The position numbers were made by a program, and so were the translations under genes. DNA of 62,165 nucleotides, counting the filler, from Candidatus Delongbacteria bacterium (GTDB lineage Bacteria; UBA4055), in the NCBI GenBank assembly GCA_016937995.1. It is 3 parts of 3 records of this genome, joined end to end, with 100 filler letters (N's around TTAATTAATTAA, not from the genome) between each part and the next. Parts side by side here need not be neighbours in the genome. Positions count along the whole stretch, not along the records: positions 27,736 to 44,276 come from JAFGVM010000065.1; positions 44,377 to 62,165 come from JAFGVM010000068.1; 1 more part is not named here. One strand, written 5' to 3'. The notes under the pieces were generated by a model. It ran no database searches. It worked only from the letters and a program-made list of their open reading frames with translations, and had not been told where the DNA came from. How positions within the stretch are numbered: position 1 is the first letter of the stretch; each line of letters starts with the position of its first letter. Below, piece by piece: positions 38,857 through 46,887 of this stretch.

Positions 38857-40458
38857 ATGAAAAAATCAATATTGATCCTGTTGATCTTTACTGCATATCT
38901 ATTCAGCGCTGTCTTTGATGTAACGTTATTTGAGAAAAATAAAATGGACCTTGCAGGAAGAAGAAATCCAGTGAACGATAAAACAGGAAACCCTTGTGCA
39001 CTTATCAGGGTCAAATCTACTCTGGAAGAATTAAAATTTGAAGGTCAGGATATTGTAAAAAAAGGAGTTGAAAGCAGTGGTAAATACTATATCTATTTAA
39101 GTCAGACCGCAAAAAGTATTAAATTGACAGCAAAAAATATTGAACCGATGGAGTTTAATTTCCCAATTCCTTTAGAGTCAACTATAGTGTACGATCTTGA
39201 ACTATCAAAAAAAGATGGATTAACTGATTTGGGTACGATTGAAAATATTATATCTAGTGAGCATCCTGAGATAAATGGAATTATCAACAATCTCCAGGTA
39301 GCACCATATAATAACGATATTATCAGTTTTGAAGTGAAATATGATTCTGACATAGGCATGGAATCAGATAAAACTGTTAAGTTATTTCTCTACAACATTG
39401 TAAAGAGGACATTGTTCAGAGTGGAATCATCAAAGATAGAATTTGATACTTCTAATGATAATAAATTTTATGTTAAAGACAAATCACTTGTTTGGCATCC
39501 GACAAAAAAATGGTTCGCATTTAATGGTAATGGTTATAAAAACAGAGAAAATATCTATATTTGTAAGCTTTTGGATGACAGTCTGAGCAATTCATCTGCC
39601 ATTAAAGGTTACCTTGTAGATCTTTACGATCAACGTAATGAAAGATCTTATTGTATGTATCCTTCATTCAGTTCCAATGGAAAGGACCTTTTCTTCTCAA
39701 GACAAGTGTCCAAGAAAGATAAAAAAGCGAAGTACAATAAAAGTTTCAATCTGGCTATGATAAAGAATATTTTCGAAAATGAGGAACAGAAATTTAAAAA
39801 TATTAATTTTGACATACTATCTGAGGAAGAGTTTGATCAATTCAGAGTTAAATGTTCTCCGAAAGACCCGAATTTAGTCGCATACATAAGTTATCAGCTT
39901 AAGATCAGAAATACGGATAGTTTTTATGCAAAATATTTTCTGAATATCTATGACACAAAAACCAGCTCAGTTGTCACAATTGATGATCTTGACGGGTTTA
40001 GAGATTATTCGTTCCAATGGAGTACAGACGGACAGTATATCTTCTATAATAAAGCTGTTTCATTAGCTAGAACGGATAAAGACTTTATAAAGGATAATAT
40101 CAATAAAGTAAATCTCTGTTTTGCAAAAGTATCATATGAAAACGGAAAATTAACTGCTGAAATTCAAAAAAATGAGACATCTGAAATTCTTCTCGAAGAT
40201 GTTCCTGCAAAGGATAACGGGATAGCTTTTTTAAACGAAAACAAGGTGTTGATATCGAAATACGCACCGTATAATTCATTATGTGTAGTGGATCTGCAAA
40301 AGTGGAGGGATCAGGAAAAAACGTACTATGAAAAACTTGATTTTCAAAATGATACCGATGCTCCAGCTTTAACAAAGGACAAACTCTTCTATATTGAATA
40401 TACATATCCGGAGAAGAAAACGATCGTTTCTGTGAAATCGGTCGGAATAGAAAGATAG
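38857..40458 (+). CDS. Exported protein with a TolB-like beta-propeller
   Basis: Signal peptide. WD40/PD40-like motifs LVWHPT, PSFSSNGKDLFFS and FQWSTDGQYIFY. Confidence 0.65.
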   Translation: MKKSILILLIFTAYLFSAVFDVTLFEKNKMDLAGRRNPVNDKTGNPCALIRVKSTLEELKFEGQDIVKKGVESSGKYYIYLSQTAKSIKLTAKNIEPMEFNFPIPLESTIVYDLELSKKDGLTDLGTIENIISSEHPEINGIINNLQVAPYNNDIISFEVKYDSDIGMESDKTVKLFLYNIVKRTLFRVESSKIEFDTSNDNKFYVKDKSLVWHPTKKWFAFNGNGYKNRENIYICKLLDDSLSNSSAIKGYLVDLYDQRNERSYCMYPSFSSNGKDLFFSRQVSKKDKKAKYNKSFNLAMIKNIFENEEQKFKNINFDILSEEEFDQFRVKCSPKDPNLVAYISYQLKIRNTDSFYAKYFLNIYDTKTSSVVTIDDLDGFRDYSFQWSTDGQYIFYNKAVSLARTDKDFIKDNINKVNLCFAKVSYENGKLTAEIQKNETSEILLEDVPAKDNGIAFLNENKVLISKYAPYNSLCVVDLQKWRDQEKTYYEKLDFQNDTDAPALTKDKLFYIEYTYPEKKTIVSVKSVGIER

Positions 40459-40471
40459 TCTGCAACTGACA

Positions 40472-41506
40472 ATGGATAATCTGCAATTGATAGTTAAAAA
40501 ATATAACATAGCGATCGTAGGTGCAACCGGTGTTGTCGGAGAGACAATGCTTTCGATCTTGGAAGAAAGGAATTTTCCTGTCAATAATCTTATTTTACTT
40601 GCTTCAGAGAGATCATCCGGTAAAGAATATTGGTTCAGAGGTCAGAGATCAACCGTTAAAACCTTGAACGAGAACAGTTTTAAAGATATTAACATTGCTT
40701 TATTTTCTGCCGGTGCTATGATAAGTAAGCAGTATGCGGATATAGCTGTAAGTGAAGGCTGTACTGTAATTGATAACAGTTCAGCTTTCAGAATGGATTC
40801 AGATGTTCCACTTGTTATTCCGGAGATAAATCCAGAAGCACTTTCAAATCATAATGGAATAATTGCAAACCCCAACTGTACCACAATAGTTACTTTAATG
40901 GCCTTAAATGCAATTAATAAATATTCAAAAATAAAGAAAATAATTGCTTCGTCTTACCAGGCTGTATCGGGTGCAGGACAGGATGGAATTAATGAATTGA
41001 TAGATCAGAACAAGGCAATTGTTATTGGGCAGGATCCTCAAATAAAGTATTTTTCACATCAGATAGCAAATAATCTGATCCCCAAGATAGACAGAATGGA
41101 TGAAAATGGTTTCACAGCAGAAGAAATGAAAATGGTCAATGAGACAAGGAAGATATTCAATGATGAAAATATCAGAATATCTGCAACCTGTGTCAGAGTT
41201 CCAGTAAAAACAGCTCATTCCGTAGCTGTGACAATTGAAACGGAGAATAAGATACCTATTGATAATGTTAGAGAGATGATTAAAAATGCTGAAGGAGTAG
41301 AATTACTTGATGATCCGTTAAATAACATATACCCTATGCCATTGCTTGCAGAAGGAAAAGACAGTTGTTTGGTTGGAAGAATAAGAGAAGATCTTGTTTT
41401 TGAAAATGGAATATCACTATGGGTCAGTGGGGATCAGTTGAGGAAGGGAGCTGCATTGAACACGATCCAGATAGCAGAAAAGATGATAGAGATGGGAGTT
41501 ATATAA
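40472..41506 (+). CDS. asd: Aspartate-semialdehyde dehydrogenase
   Basis: VGATGVVG, IDNSSAFRM, IANPNCTT, YQAVSGAG, TCVRVPV and DQLRKGAALN. Confidence 0.96.
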   Translation: MDNLQLIVKKYNIAIVGATGVVGETMLSILEERNFPVNNLILLASERSSGKEYWFRGQRSTVKTLNENSFKDINIALFSAGAMISKQYADIAVSEGCTVIDNSSAFRMDSDVPLVIPEINPEALSNHNGIIANPNCTTIVTLMALNAINKYSKIKKIIASSYQAVSGAGQDGINELIDQNKAIVIGQDPQIKYFSHQIANNLIPKIDRMDENGFTAEEMKMVNETRKIFNDENIRISATCVRVPVKTAHSVAVTIETENKIPIDNVREMIKNAEGVELLDDPLNNIYPMPLLAEGKDSCLVGRIREDLVFENGISLWVSGDQLRKGAALNTIQIAEKMIEMGVI

Positions 41507-41515
41507 TTGAAAATT

Positions 41516-41540
41516 GATACTAAAATAAATTCAGCATGAC
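41516..41540. repeat. ATGAC-tagged palindrome
   Basis: GATACTAAAATAAATTCAGCATGAC, a close match to 23713-23737. Confidence 0.65.
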
Positions 41541-41551
41541 AAAATGATACA

Positions 41552-42055
41552 ATGAATAAAAATTTTATAAAATATACTGTTATTTTCACCCTCGCTCTAT
41601 TTTTGTATTCCTGTAATATTTTTTCTCCTGATTACGAACATTTTGATAATATTTCTCTGAGAGGTGACAATAAAACTGTAAAAGGTTTAATGCAGAATTT
41701 TGTTTACGCATATACTTTTAAAGATTCTTTTCTCTACGAAGGTCTGTTACACGATGATTTTACTTTTGAATATGATAATGAAGGAACTCCTGAAACCTGG
41801 AACCGGGATGAAGATATCAGGATAACGAAAAGGATATTCAGGAATTTCAAAAATATCGACCTGATGTTCAATACAATTTTCCCGGAATATACAACTTTTG
41901 AAGATACAACCATATATACTTCATTTAATATAGGGTTCTATTCGGGAGATGACATTGTTAACTTTACAGGTTTTGCACGGTTTATTTATCAGAAAGTATA
42001 TGTTACAGAAGACAGTTCAATTTACAGGATCAAATACTGGGAAGACCTTAGATGA
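41552..42055 (+). CDS. Lipoprotein, possibly NTF2/SnoaL-like fold
   Basis: Lipobox LYS-C, LLHDDFTF motif and a terminal YRIKYWED strand. Confidence 0.65.
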   Translation: MNKNFIKYTVIFTLALFLYSCNIFSPDYEHFDNISLRGDNKTVKGLMQNFVYAYTFKDSFLYEGLLHDDFTFEYDNEGTPETWNRDEDIRITKRIFRNFKNIDLMFNTIFPEYTTFEDTTIYTSFNIGFYSGDDIVNFTGFARFIYQKVYVTEDSSIYRIKYWEDLR

Positions 42056-43176
42056 AGAAGATACTTTACATAATAATTTTAATTATACTGGTGATAAACA
42101 CCTTATTGTTCGTAATAAATTCAAAAAATGATGAAAAAGCTGCAGCAGAAGAATATTTATCAAAATTTAAATCATTAGAAAAGCACGATTCTGACAGCTT
42201 GTCAAATAAAAATGAGATATTTAATATCATTGATGATGAGTTTCTGAAGAAAGATTTTAACAAAAAATGGATATATAATAAAAAAACAGACAGTTTATGG
42301 TATAAAAGGATAAAAGTTCCCAATTCAATAGGAATGGCTCGTTACAATAGATTTGTTCAAACTTTATTTAGAAAGTATAACGTAGAGCTTTCTAAAGTAT
42401 CTGAGAATGAACTGGCTAAAATACTTAAATTTTATTTTTCAATAAATGACAGTTTACCTGCAATGCTAGAAATACGGTTGGTTTCAGGGTTAAATGAAGA
42501 GATAAAATTTAACGGTCGTATGGCGATAGTGATTGACGATCTTGGTGATCAATGGGGGCCTGAATTCATTCAGGGATTGCTGGAGTTTCCAAAACCGATA
42601 ACTTTATCTATTTTTCCAGATCACTGGGCAAGTTCCAGAACTGCAAAGGCAGCAAAAGAAAAAAATAAAGAGGTAATGATACATTTACCGATGGAACCAA
42701 TGAAGGGGAGCATTGAAAAGGAAAATATTAAGATAACTACCGACATGGACAGAGTAACGATAGACAGTATGCTGACAAGAGCGATAAAATTGATCCCTGA
42801 AGCAAAAGGAATGAATAATCATATGGGCTCAAAAGCAACTTCTGATTATGAAATTATGGACATGTTCTTCGATGTCTTTAAGGATAAAGGAATGTTCTTT
42901 GTTGACAGTAAGACCACACCGAACTCGTATTGTTCATTAATGGCTGAATACTACAGTGTTCCAATCTTCGAAGCTAAATTGTTCTTGGACAACAGTAATG
43001 ACCCTGAAGATATTGAGAATATGTTCAGACAGGCAACAAATCATGTTGCAGACGGATCGGACATTCTGATAATTGGTCATGCAAGGATAAATACTTACAA
43101 GACACTTTTAAAGATGGTTACTGAAGTATATCCTGAAATCGATTACGTTTACGCAAGTCAGTTAATAAGCCGTTAA
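42052..43176 (+). CDS. Divergent polysaccharide deacetylase (YibQ family)
   Basis: AIVIDDLG, HLPMEP, GMNNHMGS, FVDSKT, FLD and IGH motifs, with an N-terminal anchor. Confidence 0.9.
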   Translation: MKKILYIIILIILVINTLLFVINSKNDEKAAAEEYLSKFKSLEKHDSDSLSNKNEIFNIIDDEFLKKDFNKKWIYNKKTDSLWYKRIKVPNSIGMARYNRFVQTLFRKYNVELSKVSENELAKILKFYFSINDSLPAMLEIRLVSGLNEEIKFNGRMAIVIDDLGDQWGPEFIQGLLEFPKPITLSIFPDHWASSRTAKAAKEKNKEVMIHLPMEPMKGSIEKENIKITTDMDRVTIDSMLTRAIKLIPEAKGMNNHMGSKATSDYEIMDMFFDVFKDKGMFFVDSKTTPNSYCSLMAEYYSVPIFEAKLFLDNSNDPEDIENMFRQATNHVADGSDILIIGHARINTYKTLLKMVTEVYPEIDYVYASQLISR

Positions 43177-43189
43177 TGTTAATGATCAT

Positions 43190-44212
43190 ATGATAATAGA
43201 TTTAGGTAAAATCAAACTCAGTAAACCTTTAATACTTGCGCCGATGGACGGGTATACGAACATTCCATTCAGAATTGTGATAAAACAAATGAACCCTGAT
43301 CTGATGTTCACTGAATTTGTTAACTCTGATGCGATTATATATACCAATAAGAAAACTATGGGTAAGATACAGATACTTGAAGAAGAAAGGCCGGTAGCCA
43401 TTCAGTTATTCGGTCATAATCCTGAAAATATGGCAAAAGCAGCCCAGATAGTGGAATCTTACGGACCGGAAGTAATTGACCTGAACTTCGGTTGCCCATC
43501 ACCTAAAGTATCGGGTCATGGTAACGGAGCAGGTTTGTTAAAAAATCTGCCATTACTAGGTGAAATATGTTCAAAGGTTGTAAAGAGTGTAAAAACACCA
43601 GTAACTGCCAAGACAAGGATTGGTTGGGATTTTGATACAATTAATATATTGGAAACAGGAAAAAGGATAGAAGATGCCGGTGTAAAAATGATAACTTTAC
43701 ACCCTAGAACAAAATCACAGAAATACGGTGGCAATGCTGATTGGAATTATATAAAGCTATTAAAGGAGAATGTCTCAATACCTGTGGTGGGTAATGGAGA
43801 TATAAAATCTCCTGAAGATGCGAAAAGAATGTTCAGTGAAACGAACTGTGACGGAGTTATGATCGGTAGAGAAGCAGTGAGTAATCCATGGATATTTAAA
43901 CAAACAAGGGATTATTTCAATACTGGAGAGTATATTCATGAGATCCCTTTCGAGGAGAGACAGGAGCTGTGTCTTTTTCATTTTGATCTCTCAGTCAAAT
44001 ATCTTGGAGAGCAAAGAGCGCAATTTGAGATGAGAAAATTATATCAGAATTATTTTAGGGCCTTACCTAATCTAAAACGTTTCAAAAGATTAGTTTTTGC
44101 AACAACAGATCATAAAGAAATAAGAAAACACATAGAAAACATTTTAAATATAGTGAATGATCCGGGAATAGACTTTATGGAATTAGAGCCTAAAGTACGT
44201 TGGGGATCATAG
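43190..44212 (+). CDS. dusB: tRNA-dihydrouridine synthase B
   Basis: LAPMDG, DLNFGCP, KTRIGW, LHPRT, GNGDI and DGVMIGR. Confidence 0.92.
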   Translation: MIIDLGKIKLSKPLILAPMDGYTNIPFRIVIKQMNPDLMFTEFVNSDAIIYTNKKTMGKIQILEEERPVAIQLFGHNPENMAKAAQIVESYGPEVIDLNFGCPSPKVSGHGNGAGLLKNLPLLGEICSKVVKSVKTPVTAKTRIGWDFDTINILETGKRIEDAGVKMITLHPRTKSQKYGGNADWNYIKLLKENVSIPVVGNGDIKSPEDAKRMFSETNCDGVMIGREAVSNPWIFKQTRDYFNTGEYIHEIPFEERQELCLFHFDLSVKYLGEQRAQFEMRKLYQNYFRALPNLKRFKRLVFATTDHKEIRKHIENILNIVNDPGIDFMELEPKVRWGS

Positions 44213-44276
44213 GAATTGAGCCTAAAAACATTAGGCGAAAAAAAATCAAAAAAATATTTACAAATTACTTGACAAA

Positions 44277-44376
44277 NNNNNNNNNNNNNNNNNNNNNNNN
44301 NNNNNNNNNNNNNNNNNNNNTTAATTAATTAANNNNNNNNNNNNNNNNNNNNNNNNNNNNNNNNNNNNNNNNNNNN
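44277..44376. other. Artificial contig linker (44 N + TTAATTAATTAA + 44 N)
   Basis: Same structure as 27636-27735. Confidence 0.97.
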
Positions 44377-44489
44377 TTTATTGTTCGGTCATACCCTTTA
44401 TTTCAAAGAAACTTCTTTTTACTTTTTGAAAAAGAAAAAGAAGCAAAAAGAAAAGTGTAAAAGTGTAAAAGAACAAAGTGTAAGCTACG

Positions 44490-44650
44490 CTATTTAGTCC
44501 TCGCAATACGAAACCCGCCGTAGGAGTTCCTGCCGCCGGGGTCGTTGCCGTTGCGGTCAGAAACTTTGCAGCCGGCGTCGAGGTTGCCCCACGACCCGCC
44601 ACGAACAACACGGCACTGTCCCTGCGTGTACCAGTCCCAGCACCATTCCC
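44490..44650 (-). other. Putative DGR variable region (VR)
   Basis: About 64% GC over 44501-44650 (96/150 by hand count). 20 of the 24 codons between GGSW and GFR end in C. Confidence 0.72.
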
Positions 44651-45836
44651 AAACATTTCCACTCATATCATGAATTCCTAGCTCATTAGCTCTTTTTGTA
44701 GCTACGGGTTGTGTCTTTGATCCGGAATTTCCATCATACCAAGCAACATCACCGACATCATTACTCCCACTATAAGTGTTTCCTCTGCTCTGATTTCCGC
44801 CCTTAGCCGCATACTCCCATTCAGCCTCTGTCGGCAAACGGTAACCGTTCGCTTTGAAGTTACAATTCGTACTTTTTCCGCTTCCCGAATAGCACTTTGT
44901 CAATCCTTCCATTTCACTCAATTTGTTGCAGAACTCAACAGCATCGTACCAGCTTACTTGCTCGACAGGTAAGTTATCTCCTTTGAAATTACTCGGATTA
45001 TTGCCCATTACAGCTTTCCACTGAGCTTGGGTCACTTCCGTTTTACCTATATAGAAATCGCTTCTGGCATATACCATATTCGATTTTATTTCACTTATAG
45101 CATATCTGTATTTATTTTTAATTTCTGCTATCCGCCTTAACTCTTCTGCATTTCTCCTTTCTTCTTCAGTTTTTTTATCATTCCTCAATTTCTTCTCTTC
45201 GTTGCTGAGCAATGCCGTATATTTGCTGCTTGGATAATAAATTTTGAATTTATCGAACTCCGGTGAAAAATTATTCATATATTTATCAAGAGAGTCAAAG
45301 TATTCGTTAACACTTTGTCCATACGGTAACAAAAACCACTTCATATATAAATAATGCGCTTGTTCCGCCAAATCTGTGTTTGTATCATTCATCAGCTTTA
45401 TAATTATTTGCTTTGATTCTTCTTTTTTGTCTTGTTCAAAAATGTGCTTTGCATATCGCAGTTCTTTGAATGTGATATCTTCTTCTACTGTAGATTTAAC
45501 TTTTCCTACAAGAACTACCGAATAAGTGCCGTCAGACCCGTACCCGTTGTCTATTATCTGGAATCCCGGCATCAGAACTGTCTCTGCTTGTGTTTCAATG
45601 TAATCGTAAGTGGTCTGGAAGTTTTCAACTTTCGTAGTGGATTTGAGTTTCAATCCCGCTTTTTCAAGAGCTTGACGTTTTGCGTCCATTATAGCTTCCT
45701 GCCTGTCTTTCTGCTCGCCGTTCTTGTAATTGTCGCTTACTCCTCTTACAGCTACATCTACAAGGGCTTGTGCTTTTAATAGTGTGCTGAAAATTAACAA
45801 TGTCACAAATAATAGTTTCAGGATATTTTTACTCAT
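44490..45836 (-). CDS. Secreted LPP20-like + FGE-sulfatase (CLec-fold) protein; probable DGR target
   Basis: Signal peptide and FGE-sulfatase motifs KTEVTQAQW, PVEQVSWYDA, YRLPTEAEWEYAA, DMSGNVWEWC, RGGSW and GFR. GC-rich 3' end. Confidence 0.88.
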   Translation of the reverse strand: MSKNILKLLFVTLLIFSTLLKAQALVDVAVRGVSDNYKNGEQKDRQEAIMDAKRQALEKAGLKLKSTTKVENFQTTYDYIETQAETVLMPGFQIIDNGYGSDGTYSVVLVGKVKSTVEEDITFKELRYAKHIFEQDKKEESKQIIIKLMNDTNTDLAEQAHYLYMKWFLLPYGQSVNEYFDSLDKYMNNFSPEFDKFKIYYPSSKYTALLSNEEKKLRNDKKTEEERRNAEELRRIAEIKNKYRYAISEIKSNMVYARSDFYIGKTEVTQAQWKAVMGNNPSNFKGDNLPVEQVSWYDAVEFCNKLSEMEGLTKCYSGSGKSTNCNFKANGYRLPTEAEWEYAAKGGNQSRGNTYSGSNDVGDVAWYDGNSGSKTQPVATKRANELGIHDMSGNVWEWCWDWYTQGQCRVVRGGSWGNLDAGCKVSDRNGNDPGGRNSYGGFRIARTK

Positions 45837-46038
45837 TTTTTCTACCTCATTGCTGAATTGCTTTTAATTTTTATATTTTCCACTACGCTTCTGCAAATCC
45901 TAATTGTGCCTATTTAGTTACAAGAAATAAATTCAGTTAGAATTTTAAGTTTTTTTGTCAAATAATTCAAGTAAAATCCTTTGTTTAAATATTTATATTT
46001 TTGTATATTTAAAAAACACCGGTTAAGAAAAAAAAGGA

Positions 46039-46144
46039 CGCGGATAAACAATCATAAACAGCCCCTAACATTGGCAAAATTGTACTGTTGTAATTATCTA
46101 TGGGTCCGAATGCTTTAGCAGCTGAGTATACTTGATTATCCACG
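46039..46144. ncRNA. Candidate structured RNA or long imperfect hairpin
   Basis: Nested arms CGCGGATAA/TTATCCACG, CAA/TTG, CAGC/GCTG, CTAA/TTAG and CATT-GG/CC-AATG. Confidence 0.3.
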
Positions 46145-46148
46145 ATAT

Positions 46149-46178
46149 AAAAAAAGGGTCGTATATATTACGACCCTT
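46149..46178 (-). terminator. efp terminator
   Basis: On the minus strand, AAGGGTCGTA-atata-TACGACCC followed by about 7 T. Confidence 0.85.
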
Positions 46179-46215
46179 ACTGTCAACTGGTCAATGACCA
46201 TTATCCACTACAGAG

Positions 46216-46773
46216 CTATGCTCTGCTAATATACTCCCCGGTCCTTGTATCTATTTTGATCTTCTCCCCCTGCTTAATAAATGCCGGAACCTTAATTTCG
46301 TGACCATTAGCAAGTTTTGCATCTTTTATCAAACCACCTGAAGTATTACCTCTCTCAACATCCTCGGTATAATCGATCTCAGCAATAACAACAGTAGGCA
46401 ATTCAATTGAGACCACTCTGCCTTCATAGAACTGAACAGTGATATTCATCTCCTCCTGCAGGAACACAACATTATCTCCGATCTGATTCTCTTCGACCTC
46501 CAGCTGCTCATAGGTTTCATTATCCATAAATGTATAAGTGGTTCCTGTAGAGTAAAGATATTGCATTTCTCTGGTATCAAGTCTTAGATCATCAACAGCA
46601 TCGGAAGCAGGTATAATATCATTAACGATCTGTCCCGTAATAATATTTTCCAGCTTTAATTTCATAACACATGCTTTTTCACTGGGATTAAAATGCTCTG
46701 ATTTTAAAACTCTGAAGATCTCATTTTTCATCTTAAGAACGTTCCCGTTCCTGATCTCTTTGGCTTTTTTCAT
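46216..46773 (-). CDS. efp: Elongation factor P with an atypical loop tip
   Basis: 185 aa; MQYLY, FMDNETYEQ, ELP, RGNTSG, VPAFI..GE.IKIDTRTGEY.SRA. The loop reads PSEK. Confidence 0.92.
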   Translation of the reverse strand: MKKAKEIRNGNVLKMKNEIFRVLKSEHFNPSEKACVMKLKLENIITGQIVNDIIPASDAVDDLRLDTREMQYLYSTGTTYTFMDNETYEQLEVEENQIGDNVVFLQEEMNITVQFYEGRVVSIELPTVVIAEIDYTEDVERGNTSGGLIKDAKLANGHEIKVPAFIKQGEKIKIDTRTGEYISRA

Positions 46774-46839
46774 TGAAACTCCAATCTGAATTTAATTTTT
46801 AACGAAAATAATAATATTTTCATATTAAGTCAATAGCAT

Positions 46840-46866
46840 AAAAAAAAGGGTGCAAATACACCCCTT
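46840..46866 (-). terminator. Terminator after the kinase operon
   Basis: On the minus strand, GGGTG-TATTTG-CACCC followed by a T run. Confidence 0.7.
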
Positions 46867-46887
46867 CCATTTTTTACTTAATGAAAT

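Noticed and set aside
44378-44662. 94-aa alternative-frame ORF over the VR
   Set aside because: It is open only because the GC-rich VR and the T-rich tail lack stops in that frame. It shows no protein features.
46039-46144. SRP (4.5S) or 6S RNA identity for the hairpin
   Set aside because: It lacks the SRP GGAA-tetraloop helix consensus, and it is too short and has no closing stem for 6S.
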